Origin: an uncultured Candidatus Saccharibacteria bacterium
GTDB taxonomy: Bacteria > Patescibacteriota > Minisyncoccia > Portnoybacterales > UBA2143
Assembly (NCBI GenBank): GCA_964548405.1
Contig: CAZJPW010000004.1
Location: forward strand, 1-55,753
DNA length: 55,753 nt
Direction: 5' to 3'
Made by a program: the position numbers and the translations under genes. This document shows positions 46,508-55,389 of this stretch, one piece after another. How positions within the stretch are numbered: position 1 is the first letter of the stretch; every line of letters begins with the position of its first letter. The notes under the pieces are model-generated. The model did no database searches and was not told the DNA's origin. It saw only the letters and a list, made by a program, of their open reading frames with translations.

Positions 46508-48138
46508 GTGGTTTAAATAAAAAAGACAACCTAAAAGATAAAAAAGCAGCCAAAGATGATAATCAGACGTTAAAAGTTCCTTTTATAGATTTAGCTCATA
46601 AAGAGATTCCAGTTGAAGTGTTAAAAGAGGTTCCTGAAGAGGCGGCAGCTTTTTATAATTTTGTTCCCATAGCCAGAAAAGGTAATATCCTTGAAGTGGG
46701 CATGGTCGATACAGATAATCTTAAAGCCAAAGAAGCTTTAAGATTTATTACTCGGAGAAGTGGCCTGGAGTCAAAAATATTTGCCATTAGTTCAGTTGAT
46801 TTTGAAAACGTTTTAAGGCAGTATCAGAGTCTTCGGGGCGAAGTTAATAAAGCACTTAAGGAGTTGGAAGAAGAAATAGAGGCAGGAGAAGGCGCTGAAT
46901 CATTCAAAGGGAAGCCCAAGGAGATGGCTGAAAAAATTGTTGCCGAAGCGCCAATCACTAGAATTGTTGCAGTTATCTTAAGACATGCGACCGAGGGCAA
47001 AGCTTCTGACGTACATATTGAGGCAGCCGAAAATAAAGTTAAAGTTCGTTTTAGGGTTGATGGAGTCCTTTATACTAGTTTAGTCCTGCCTAGAGATATT
47101 CATTCAGCTGTTGTTTCCCGGATTAAGATACTTTCTGATTTAAAGATTGATGAGACAAGAATACCTCAAGATGGTCGATTCCATACTGTGATTGCTGGGA
47201 AAAAGATTGATTTTCGTGTTTCTACGTTACCGACAGCTGGAGGAGAAAAAGTTGTTTTAAGAGTTTTGGACCTATCAGCCGGCCTAAGGGATTTCATTAG
47301 TTTAGGTTTAGAGGGATATAATTTAGAAATTTTAAAGAAAGAAATTAAGCAGCCCTTTGGTATGATTTTACTTACTGGTCCGACTGGTTCTGGTAAGTCA
47401 ACCACCCTTTATGCTATCCTTGATAGCTTGAATCGGGAAGGAATTAATATTATTAGCTTAGAAGACCCGGTTGAATATTTTGTCGAAGGAATTAGCCAGT
47501 CACAGATTATGCCTGAAATAGGATATACTTTTGCTTCAGGTCTGCGTCATATTTTAAGACAAGATCCTGATGTAATTATGGTAGGAGAGATTAGGGATCA
47601 GGAAACGGCTGAGTTAGCCATCCATGCCGCCTTGACTGGGCATATTCTTCTTTCTACTTTACATACTAATGACGCTATAGGAGTGATTCCGCGCCTGATT
47701 GATATGAAAATTGGATCATTTCTTTTACCTTCTTCGTTAAATTTAATGATTGCTCAGCGTTTAGTTAGGCGGCTTTGTGAGAAATGTAAAAAGGAAATTC
47801 CTGCTCCGTCTAAAGTTGTTGAAATAATTGAAAGTGAGTTGACTGAGTTGAGTCCGGTGCATAAAGAATCCTTTTCTTGGAAAAAACCTTTCAAAATTTA
47901 TCGGCCGGTTGGATGTAAGTTTTGTGGCAATAAGGGGACAAAAGGTCGAATTGCCCTTTATGAAATATTGCAAATGACTCCTCAATTAGAGGAAATCATT
48001 GCCGGAGAGTTAAGTGAAGTGAGAATAAAGGAAGAGGCCCACAGACAGGGTATGATTACGATGAAGCAAGATGGAATTACCAAGTCACTTCAAGGAATTA
48101 TTTCTTTTGAGGAAATGATTAGGATGGTTGAGGAATAG
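46504..48138 (+). CDS. pilB: type IV pilus assembly ATPase PilB (GspE family)
   Basis: Walker A LLTGPTGSGKSTTLYA, the Asp box and His box, and a tetra-Cys motif CEKCKK...CKFCGN. Confidence 0.85.
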   Translation: MSGLNKKDNLKDKKAAKDDNQTLKVPFIDLAHKEIPVEVLKEVPEEAAAFYNFVPIARKGNILEVGMVDTDNLKAKEALRFITRRSGLESKIFAISSVDFENVLRQYQSLRGEVNKALKELEEEIEAGEGAESFKGKPKEMAEKIVAEAPITRIVAVILRHATEGKASDVHIEAAENKVKVRFRVDGVLYTSLVLPRDIHSAVVSRIKILSDLKIDETRIPQDGRFHTVIAGKKIDFRVSTLPTAGGEKVVLRVLDLSAGLRDFISLGLEGYNLEILKKEIKQPFGMILLTGPTGSGKSTTLYAILDSLNREGINIISLEDPVEYFVEGISQSQIMPEIGYTFASGLRHILRQDPDVIMVGEIRDQETAELAIHAALTGHILLSTLHTNDAIGVIPRLIDMKIGSFLLPSSLNLMIAQRLVRRLCEKCKKEIPAPSKVVEIIESELTELSPVHKESFSWKKPFKIYRPVGCKFCGNKGTKGRIALYEILQMTPQLEEIIAGELSEVRIKEEAHRQGMITMKQDGITKSLQGIISFEEMIRMVEE

Positions 48139-48159
48139 GATAATAAATATATATAAATT

Positions 48160-48594
48160 ATGAAAATTACAAAGCAGGGATTTACATTAATTGAGCTTTT
48201 AGTGGTAGTAGCTATAATAGGTCTTTTAGCTACCATTATCTTATACAGTGTTAGTACAATTAAAGCCAAGAGCCGTGATGCTCGTCGGGTCACGGATGTT
48301 AAAGTTATTCAGCAGGGATTATCAATGTATTACAATGATAATTTTCTTTATCCTGATTCTGGCGGGAGCGCTATTGAAATTAATGGAAGTAGCGATGATA
48401 TGTCGCAAGCATTGATTAATAATGGATCAATGAATGGTCTGCCAGTTGATCCATTAAATGGAGATATGGGTGGAGTGACGTATAAATACTATTATCAATC
48501 ACTCGATAGTCAGGATGATTACGAACTAACTTTCTATTTAGAGACAAATACAGTTCAAAATAGGTCGCAAGGAATTAATGTAGTTAAACCATAA
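48160..48594 (+). CDS. type IV pilin (prepilin, class III signal)
   Basis: MKITKQG|FTLIELLVVVAIIGLLATI, with Glu5 in the mature protein. Confidence 0.85.
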   Translation: MKITKQGFTLIELLVVVAIIGLLATIILYSVSTIKAKSRDARRVTDVKVIQQGLSMYYNDNFLYPDSGGSAIEINGSSDDMSQALINNGSMNGLPVDPLNGDMGGVTYKYYYQSLDSQDDYELTFYLETNTVQNRSQGINVVKP

Positions 48595-48606
48595 TACATA
48601 AAAATT

Positions 48607-48978
48607 ATGAAAAAAATACTAATTATTGAAGATGATCCATTTCTTAGTGAAATGTATGCCGCTAAGTTTACTGAGAGCGGTTTTGAAACGGAGGTGGCAT
48701 CTGACGGTAAGGAGGGTTTAGCTAAAATAGAGAATTTTCAGTCTGATTTGGTCCTTTTGGATATTGTTTTACCCAAAATGGACGGTTTTGAAATATTAAA
48801 GAAGATTAAAGAGAAGGAAGAATTAAAAGAAGTTCCGATTGTCTTGTTGACTAATTTGGGTCAAAAGAACGAAGTTGAAAAGGGATTATCTTTAGGTGCT
48901 GACGAATACATTATTAAGGCCCACTTTACGCCTACAGCAGTGGTGGCCAAAGTAAAGGAAATATTAAGTAAAAAATAA
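48607..48978 (+). CDS. stand-alone CheY-like response-regulator receiver (PilH-like)
   Basis: IIEDDPF...LVLLDIVLPKMDGFEIL...PIVLLTNLG... Confidence 0.8.
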   Translation: MKKILIIEDDPFLSEMYAAKFTESGFETEVASDGKEGLAKIENFQSDLVLLDIVLPKMDGFEILKKIKEKEELKEVPIVLLTNLGQKNEVEKGLSLGADEYIIKAHFTPTAVVAKVKEILSKK

Positions 48979-48981
48979 TAT

Positions 48982-50049
48982 ATGAGTGAATATCAAAAAA
49001 AACTTGATGATATTTTGAATCATGCGATCAAAGATGGAGCCAGTGATGTCCATCTTTCAGCTGGTCGGACGCCTACTTTTCGGGTTCACGGCTCTTTGAT
49101 TGCTTATGATAAATATCCTGTTATGACCGAGAAAGATACTCAAGAATTGGCTTCTGTTATCCTTCCAGAAGACCGCCGGGAGCAATTCTATAGTCAAAGA
49201 GATATTGATTTATCATATGCTCATCAAGATAAGAGTAGATTTAGGGTTAATGTTTATCATCAGCTTGGTCAGATCAGTATTGCTATGCGTTTGATTCCGA
49301 ATAAGATTAGGAATATTGATGAATTAAATTTGCCGGCAGCCTGTCATAATTTTACCAAGGCGCCTCAAGGATTCTTTTTAGTAGTTGGTCCTTCTGGTCA
49401 AGGTAAATCAGCTGCTCTGGTTGCTCTAGTTGATGAAATAAATCACATTCGCCAGGATCATGTGATTACAATTGAGGATCCAGTAGAATATTTATTTAAG
49501 GAAGATAAGTGTATTATTGATCAGCGTGAGGTGGGCGAAGATGTTCAAAATTTTCATCGGGGTTTAAGGGAAGCTTTGCGTCAGGATCCGGATGTGATTA
49601 TGATTGGTGAGATGCGTGATCCTGAAACCATCAGTAGCGCGGTAACGGCGGCTGAAACAGGTCATTTGGTCCTGGCTACTTTACATACTAATACAGCTGC
49701 TCAGACAATTGACCGGATTATAGATAGTTTTCCTCCTCATCAACAGAATCAAATCAGGATACAGTTAGCATCTACTGTTTTAGGCATTCTTTCCCGTCGT
49801 TTAATTCCTTGTCTAAAGGGCGAGGTGATTAATGCAGTTGAATTAATGATTGCCAATTCAGCTATTAGGAACTTAATTAGGGAGGGCAAGACTCACCAAA
49901 TCGATATGATTATTGAAACCGGGTCTGAAGAAGGAATGATTTCTTTAAATCGTTCTTTGGCTGATTTAACTAATAGCGGGATGATTACCAGAGAACATGC
50001 AGAAGCGCATTCGCTCAATGTTAATGAATTAAGGCTGTTGCTGAAATAA
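48982..50049 (+). CDS. pilT: twitching-motility retraction ATPase PilT
   Basis: Walker A VVGPSGQGKSAAL and the PilT-type motifs, at 355 aa. Confidence 0.8.
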   Translation: MSEYQKKLDDILNHAIKDGASDVHLSAGRTPTFRVHGSLIAYDKYPVMTEKDTQELASVILPEDRREQFYSQRDIDLSYAHQDKSRFRVNVYHQLGQISIAMRLIPNKIRNIDELNLPAACHNFTKAPQGFFLVVGPSGQGKSAALVALVDEINHIRQDHVITIEDPVEYLFKEDKCIIDQREVGEDVQNFHRGLREALRQDPDVIMIGEMRDPETISSAVTAAETGHLVLATLHTNTAAQTIDRIIDSFPPHQQNQIRIQLASTVLGILSRRLIPCLKGEVINAVELMIANSAIRNLIREGKTHQIDMIIETGSEEGMISLNRSLADLTNSGMITREHAEAHSLNVNELRLLLK

Positions 50050-50061
50050 TAAATATAAATT

Positions 50062-51267
50062 ATGAAATTTAATTATCTTGTTCGGGATCAGAAGGGAGAG
50101 ACCCAAACTGGAACAATAGATGCATCTAATAAACAGACTGCCCTAAAAGCTCTTCAAGATCGCGGCTTTATAATCGTTAAGCTAGAATTAATTGAAAAGG
50201 CATCTTTTTTTGCCAAGAGGATTAAATTTTTAGAGAGAGTTAAAAGAAAAGAGGTCTTTGTCTTCTTTCGTCAGTTAGCCGTTTTGGTTGACGCCAATGT
50301 GCCCTTGGTCCAGTCTTTGAAATCACTTAGTCAGCAAATTGAAAGCGATTATTTTAGAGAGATTATTTTTGGAGTAGCCAATGATATTGATGGAGGAATG
50401 GCTTTTTCTAAAGCCTTGTCTAAATATCCCAGAGTCTTCTCTACTTTTACTATAAATTTAATGAAAACAGGTGAAGTTAGCGGACGTCTTCAAGAATCAT
50501 TAAATTATTTGGCTGATCATCTTGAAAATGAATACTACCTTATTTCAAAAATTCGAGGAGCAATGACTTATCCAATTTTTATTCTGAGTACTTTTTTAAT
50601 TATTGGTGTCCTAGTGATGGTTATGGTTATTCCACAGTTGACTTCCATCTTAACCGAAGCTGGTCAAGATCTGCCCTGGTCAACTAAAATAGTTATCTTT
50701 TTAAGTAATTTTATTAGGAGTTGGGGTTGGTTATTCTTATTATTTGGTGTTGCCGCTGGCTTTGCCTTTTGGCGTTATAAAAATACAGATAAAGGGAGAG
50801 TTGTTTGGGATACGATCAAGTTGAAAACTCCCATTTTTGGAAAGATTCTTCAAAAAACATATTTGGCTCGGTTGTCTAATAATTTGGGCGCTCTAATTAA
50901 AGGGGGCGTTTCAGTTATTCAAAGTTTGAATGTTTCTGGCCAGGTGGTGGGTAATGCTGTTTTTCAACAGATTCTTTTTAAAGCCAGAGACGAAATTAAA
51001 GTAGGACGGAGTATTAGCTCTTCTCTGGAACAATATCAGGAGTTTCCTACCTTGTTTACCCAAATGATTAAAACGGGTGAACAAACGGGTAAGCTAGATA
51101 GTATTTTGGAAAAGTTAAGCACATTTTATAACAAGGAAGTTGAAAATGTGGTTGATAATCTAAGTCAGTTAATTGAACCGATTTTACTTGTGTTTTTAGG
51201 GATTGGGGTGAGTATTTTAGTCTTTTCCGTGTTTATGCCTATTTATAATTTAGCTGGAGTGATGTAA
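50062..51267 (+). CDS. pilC: type IV pilus platform protein PilC (GspF family)
   Basis: Duplicated GspF domains and three TM segments. Confidence 0.8.
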   Translation: MKFNYLVRDQKGETQTGTIDASNKQTALKALQDRGFIIVKLELIEKASFFAKRIKFLERVKRKEVFVFFRQLAVLVDANVPLVQSLKSLSQQIESDYFREIIFGVANDIDGGMAFSKALSKYPRVFSTFTINLMKTGEVSGRLQESLNYLADHLENEYYLISKIRGAMTYPIFILSTFLIIGVLVMVMVIPQLTSILTEAGQDLPWSTKIVIFLSNFIRSWGWLFLLFGVAAGFAFWRYKNTDKGRVVWDTIKLKTPIFGKILQKTYLARLSNNLGALIKGGVSVIQSLNVSGQVVGNAVFQQILFKARDEIKVGRSISSSLEQYQEFPTLFTQMIKTGEQTGKLDSILEKLSTFYNKEVENVVDNLSQLIEPILLVFLGIGVSILVFSVFMPIYNLAGVM

Positions 51268-51339
51268 AAATTAGACAATTTGTGGTACAATAAAGGGTCG
51301 AAAAAAAATAAGTTAAAATATAGCTATTAAGGAAAGGGG

Positions 51340-51801
51340 GTGAAAAAAATGATAAAGTATTTTCACGAAAAGAAGAACCAAAAAGGTTTTACCTTAATTG
51401 AACTGTTAGTGGTTATCGCCATTATTGGTGTCTTAGCTACTATTGTCTTGGTTTCTTTGAATACAGCTAGGAGTAAGGCGCGTGACAGTCGAAGGGTTAG
51501 TGATCTAAGGCAGTTAGCTTTGGCTTTAGAAATGTATTATGATGATAACGATGCTTATATCGATTCTTCTGGTGCATGTGTTACAGTTAATGAAACAAAC
51601 TTAGGCGCTTTGACTACTACTTATATGGGGACTATTCCTGATGATCCAGGCACTGGAGACTATTCTTACGGAGCAGCTACTGACGAGCAGGATTATGTTT
51701 TGAAGGCAGTAGTAGAAAATGCTCTGCCTGATGGCGCTTATAGGACAACTGTTTATGGTTGTACTTGTGTTGGAGCCGCAGAATATTGTATTAGGCCTTA
51801 A
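51340..51801 (+). CDS. second type IV pilin with an unusually long 16-aa leader
   Basis: RBS ggaaagggggtgaaaaaaATG, then MKKMIKYFHEKKNQKG|FTLIELLVVIAIIGVLATI. The C-terminus is Cys-rich (CTCVGAAEYC). Confidence 0.8.
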   Translation: MKKMIKYFHEKKNQKGFTLIELLVVIAIIGVLATIVLVSLNTARSKARDSRRVSDLRQLALALEMYYDDNDAYIDSSGACVTVNETNLGALTTTYMGTIPDDPGTGDYSYGAATDEQDYVLKAVVENALPDGAYRTTVYGCTCVGAAEYCIRP

Positions 51802-51810
51802 TTAGTTTTT

Positions 51811-51880
51811 AAACAGTCTGATAGCCGAAGACCTCATGAGAGTTGTCTCGTGGGGTTAGGGTTGTCAGACTGTTTGTTTT
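51811..51880 (+). terminator. long structured hairpin/terminator after the second pilin
   Basis: An 11-bp outer stem aaacagtctga / tcagactgttt encloses an internally structured loop of about 43 nt, followed by gttttt. Confidence 0.5.
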
Positions 51881-51932
51881 TGTAACTTAAACTACGAAAA
51901 CTAAATTTTTTAAAATCGCTTATCCCTACCCT

Positions 51933-51960
51933 CCCCGCTACGCGGGTCGGGCGCGCGCCC
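51933..51960. other. GC-rich palindromic island in the AT-rich intergenic region
   Basis: cccgc-tac-gcggg is immediately followed by the perfect 12-nt palindrome gggcgcgcgccc. Confidence 0.5.
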
Positions 51961-52006
51961 ACACCTACGATTTAAAAAATTTGTTTTCTTCGTTTAATAG
52001 TAAAAT

Positions 52007-52759
52007 ATGTATCTTTTAGTTTTTGTATTTGGTTTAGTAATCGGGAGTTTTCTCAATGTGGTTATCTGCCGGTTAAAGACTAAAGAAACAATTTTTTTCA
52101 ATCGTTCTTATTGTCCAGAATGCAAAGCAGTTTTGAGATGGTATGATTTAATTCCGATATTAAGCTTTTTAATTCAAAGAGGTAAGTGCCGTTATTGCGA
52201 AAAGAAAATCAGCTGGCAATATCCTCTAGTAGAAATATCCACGGCCTGTTTATTTCTACTAATTTTCAATTTTCAATTTTCAATTTTCAATTTAATTTAT
52301 TACCTGATAATAGTTAGTCTTCTAATAGTTATATTCACCTATGACTTAAAACATTATTTAATTCCTGATAGAATAGTTTTTCCTGGTATGATTATTACCT
52401 TGCTTTATCAGGTTTTGAGTAATGATTTTTATCGTCCTGTTTTAGCTGGTTTGGCTACTTCGGGCTTTTTTCTTCTTTTGGTTTTAATCACTAAAGGTAA
52501 AGGCATGGGCTTGGGTGATGTTAAGCTAGTTGGCTTAATGGGTTTAATTCTATCTTGGCCTAATGTTTTGATTGCCCTATTCTTGTCTTTTTTCTCCGGA
52601 GCGGTTATCGGCTTATTACTAATTGTTTTTAGTAAGAAAGGTTTAAAGTCGCAAATTCCCTTTGGCCCCTTTTTGAGCGGAGCAACAGTTTTGACAATGT
52701 TTTACAGTCAATTTTTGATTGATTGGTGTTATAGGGTGCTTCCAATTCTTGCTCTTTAA
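52007..52759 (+). CDS. pilD: prepilin peptidase PilD (A24 family)
   Basis: N-terminal Zn-binding CxxC...CxxC (CPECK...CRYCEK) and a polytopic A24 core (GLGDVKL). Confidence 0.8.
   Translation: MYLLVFVFGLVIGSFLNVVICRLKTKETIFFNRSYCPECKAVLRWYDLIPILSFLIQRGKCRYCEKKISWQYPLVEISTACLFLLIFNFQFSIFNLIYYLIIVSLLIVIFTYDLKHYLIPDRIVFPGMIITLLYQVLSNDFYRPVLAGLATSGFFLLLVLITKGKGMGLGDVKLVGLMGLILSWPNVLIALFLSFFSGAVIGLLLIVFSKKGLKSQIPFGPFLSGATVLTMFYSQFLIDWCYRVLPILAL
52261..52293 (+). repeat. heptanucleotide SSR (aattttc)x4.7 inside pilD
   Basis: aattttcaattttcaattttcaattttcaattt encodes FNFQFSIFNL. Confidence 0.8.
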
Positions 52760-52817
52760 TCAATTTATTGATAAAATTAGGTTAAGTAGTTAAATAAAAA
52801 TAAAAGGAGAAAAAAAT

Positions 52818-53300
52818 ATGGATAAAAATATATATATCATCCTACTGTTGGTTTTGGCAGTAGTGTTTGGTGGATATTACTATTATCAGTCGACTACTTC
52901 GGAGGATCGGATTCAGCCAGAGGAACCGGCTGGACAATCTTCGGGTCAGTCGGATGAACAACCATCAGGAGGCAGTCAGGGTGAAATATTGGAAGGCGGC
53001 CGATGTCAGCCATCTGCCAATATTGTGCTCGATGGTGCTTTTGAAAAGGTTGAAAATGGTGTTTTCCATTTTACACTTAAGAATAAGCAGAATTTAGAAA
53101 TGGTCAATTTGAACGACGAAACTGTTTTTTCCGAAATACTTTTTTCAGCTGACTTGGAAAGAATAAGTGATAAAGAAATATCTTTGGCTGATTTGGCTCA
53201 AGGAGACCAAGTTTCTCTATTAATTGCTTGTGGTCAGGCAGAGGGTGATCCAAAAGTGGCTACGGCCATCAGACGTATAGAAGTTGAGGCAAGGAAATAG
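52818..53300 (+). CDS. membrane-anchored hypothetical protein with a Gln/Ser/Gly-rich linker
   Basis: RBS aaggagaaaaaaatATG. N-terminal TM (IYIILLLVLAVVFGGYYYY), then the low-complexity stretch PEEPAGQSSGQSDEQPSGGSQ. Confidence 0.5.
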   Translation: MDKNIYIILLLVLAVVFGGYYYYQSTTSEDRIQPEEPAGQSSGQSDEQPSGGSQGEILEGGRCQPSANIVLDGAFEKVENGVFHFTLKNKQNLEMVNLNDETVFSEILFSADLERISDKEISLADLAQGDQVSLLIACGQAEGDPKVATAIRRIEVEARK

Positions 53301-53304
53301 GTTT

Positions 53305-53706
53305 ATGGCGAAAATAAGGACTAATACTTTAAAGTTTGTTTTTGATATTCAGAATTATCCCCTAGAAGCTCTTTACGGGGCTGCTTATGTTTTCTTTGAT
53401 AAAGCCTATATTTTCCTAGACAGCCGGGCTAAGAATAAGATTGAGGTTTCTCTAAGGGGTAAAAGGAAATTAAATAAAAAACAACTAGAGGAATTGAAGG
53501 GGGAGTTCTTAAACGAACTCCTTAATTATACTCTGCGTATCAAATTAGCTAAGAGCAATAAAAAGCTTAGAGAGTTTGTTGTTGGCCAAGCTTTAATTTC
53601 AGCTTATGGGCTTGAACAAGAAACTGACAAGGAAGAACTTAAATATCAAGATGATCCATTGGGTATTGCTGTGCCTTGGGAGGAGAAATACGGTAAGAAA
53701 AAATGA
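53305..53706 (+). CDS. hxsD: HxsD-like small protein of the His-Xaa-Ser system
   Basis: Contains ELLNYTLRIKL, matching the LLNDYxLRE signature that I recall names the HxsD family. I re-called the start at MAKIRTN, after the upstream stop and an aggaaa RBS. Confidence 0.45.
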   Translation: MAKIRTNTLKFVFDIQNYPLEALYGAAYVFFDKAYIFLDSRAKNKIEVSLRGKRKLNKKQLEELKGEFLNELLNYTLRIKLAKSNKKLREFVVGQALISAYGLEQETDKEELKYQDDPLGIAVPWEEKYGKKK

Positions 53707-53903
53707 AGATAAAATTCAATAAGAAAATATACAGCTTAAGAGCGGTAAAATTAGCCATTAAAGATTATCACAATTTGGCTGATTTTAGTTTGGAACAAAA
53801 AGGGAAATATATCATTGTTACTTTAACCAAAATAGATAAAGATGTTAAAGAAATAATTAGAGATGAGTTTTGTAATTATGTCCTTGGATTTGAAAAAAAT
53901 TAA
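53703..53903 (+). CDS. small paralogue of the HxsD N-terminal region (66 aa)
   Basis: MKIKFNKKIYSLRAVKLAIKDYHNLADFSLEQKGKYIIVTL parallels MAKIRTNTLKFVFDIQNYPLEALYGAAYVFFDKAYIFLD..KIEVSL. Its start overlaps the hxsD stop (ATGA) and its end overlaps the radical-SAM start. Confidence 0.4.
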   Translation: MKIKFNKKIYSLRAVKLAIKDYHNLADFSLEQKGKYIIVTLTKIDKDVKEIIRDEFCNYVLGFEKN

Positions 53904-55329
53904 ATACAATCAGCTAGGTTTTTTCCGTTTTAAGAAATTTAGGAACAAGTATCTTTTAACCAATGATTCGGGCCAGTATTTGTTTTTAACTCAAAAAGAG
54001 TTTAAGGATTTTTTGGCTAATAAATTGAAAAAAGATACAAAAACATATTTATCCTTAAAAGAAAGGAATTTTCTTAAAAATGAAATGGATCTAACTGAAT
54101 CCGTAGATAGATATCGTTTTAAAAATGAGTTTCTTTTTGGCGGGCCAAGCTTGCATATAGTTGTAGTCACTTTGCGCTGTAATCTTAAATGCGTTTATTG
54201 TCACGCCAGCGCTCAGGGCATGAATAAAAAGGGCTTAGACATGGATAAAAAAACTGCTCAAGCGGTAGTTGATAAGATTTTTGAAACAACCAGTCCTTAT
54301 GTAGCCATTGAATTTCAGGGCGGCGAACCTTTGGTTAACTGGCCGATAGTCAAATATATTGTTGAATATGCCCAGAAGAAGAATAAAAAGGCTAAGAAAG
54401 AATTAGAGCTGCGTTTAGTTTCAAATTTTGTTTTAATGACTGAGAGTAGGTTTAAGTATTTGATTGATAATAGGGTGGCGATGTGCCTTTCTTTGGATGG
54501 ATCGGCTAAAGTCCACGATAGAAATAGGATTTTGGTAGATGGTAAAGGGAAAAGTTATCAATATGCAGCTAAATGGGCTAAAAAGTTTTTTAAGTTTTAT
54601 CCTCAGTTAAGGAAAAAAGGATATATTTTTAAAATAGGGGCCTCTATTACGGTCAGCCGCTTTTCCTTGGCTTATTACAAGCAAATAGTTGACGAATTCA
54701 TTAAACTTGGTTTTGATGATATTTATTTACGGCCCTTAAACCCTTTTGGTTTTAGTAGGGGTCATTTTCGAAAAATCGGCTATAGTGTTGATGAGTACAT
54801 TAAATTTTATAAGAAAGCAATTAATTACATGATTGAGATAAATCTTAAAGGCAAGAAATTTAGAGAAAAAGCTGCTTGTATTTTTTTAACCAAGATTTTA
54901 ACCGAATATGATCCTAATCATTTGGAATTGCGTTCACCCTGTGGAGCGGGTATTGGTCAGTTAGCCTATAATTACAACGGCCAAGTTTATACTTGTGATG
55001 AGGGCAGAATGATGTCAATGATGGGTGATGAAAGTTTTTGTTTAGGTAATGTTCATAAAAATACTTATCAAGAATTGGTTAGTAGTCCGGTGGTCCGGAC
55101 TTTGTGTACAGCTTCCTGTTTAGATGGGTTGCCTCATTGTAATGATTGCGTTTACAAGCCATACTGCGGGGTTTGTCCGATTTACAATTATTCAGAGCAG
55201 GGTAATATTTTTGGCCAAATGCCAACTAATGAGCGTTGCCAAATTAATATGGCTATTTTGGATTTTTTGTTTGAAAAACTCCAAGATAAAAAGGCCGGAC
55301 CAATCCTTGAATCCTGGCTGGAGAAATAG
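53863..55329 (+). CDS. radical SAM/SPASM-domain maturase (HxsB/HxsC-like, AnSME-related)
   Basis: The CxxxCxxC cluster LRCNLKCVYCHAS lies at nt 54178-54201. The C-terminal SPASM Cys cluster is CGAGIGQ...YTCDEG...CLGN...CTASC...HCNDCVYKPYCGVCP. An N-terminal extension of about 95 aa precedes the cluster. An alternative start is at 53878. Confidence 0.85.
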   Translation: MSFVIMSLDLKKIKYNQLGFFRFKKFRNKYLLTNDSGQYLFLTQKEFKDFLANKLKKDTKTYLSLKERNFLKNEMDLTESVDRYRFKNEFLFGGPSLHIVVVTLRCNLKCVYCHASAQGMNKKGLDMDKKTAQAVVDKIFETTSPYVAIEFQGGEPLVNWPIVKYIVEYAQKKNKKAKKELELRLVSNFVLMTESRFKYLIDNRVAMCLSLDGSAKVHDRNRILVDGKGKSYQYAAKWAKKFFKFYPQLRKKGYIFKIGASITVSRFSLAYYKQIVDEFIKLGFDDIYLRPLNPFGFSRGHFRKIGYSVDEYIKFYKKAINYMIEINLKGKKFREKAACIFLTKILTEYDPNHLELRSPCGAGIGQLAYNYNGQVYTCDEGRMMSMMGDESFCLGNVHKNTYQELVSSPVVRTLCTASCLDGLPHCNDCVYKPYCGVCPIYNYSEQGNIFGQMPTNERCQINMAILDFLFEKLQDKKAGPILESWLEK

Positions 55330-55389
55330 AGTTATCCACAGAAGAATAATTCGGATTTTTTAGAGAAAACTGGTAAAATGGAGATATAA

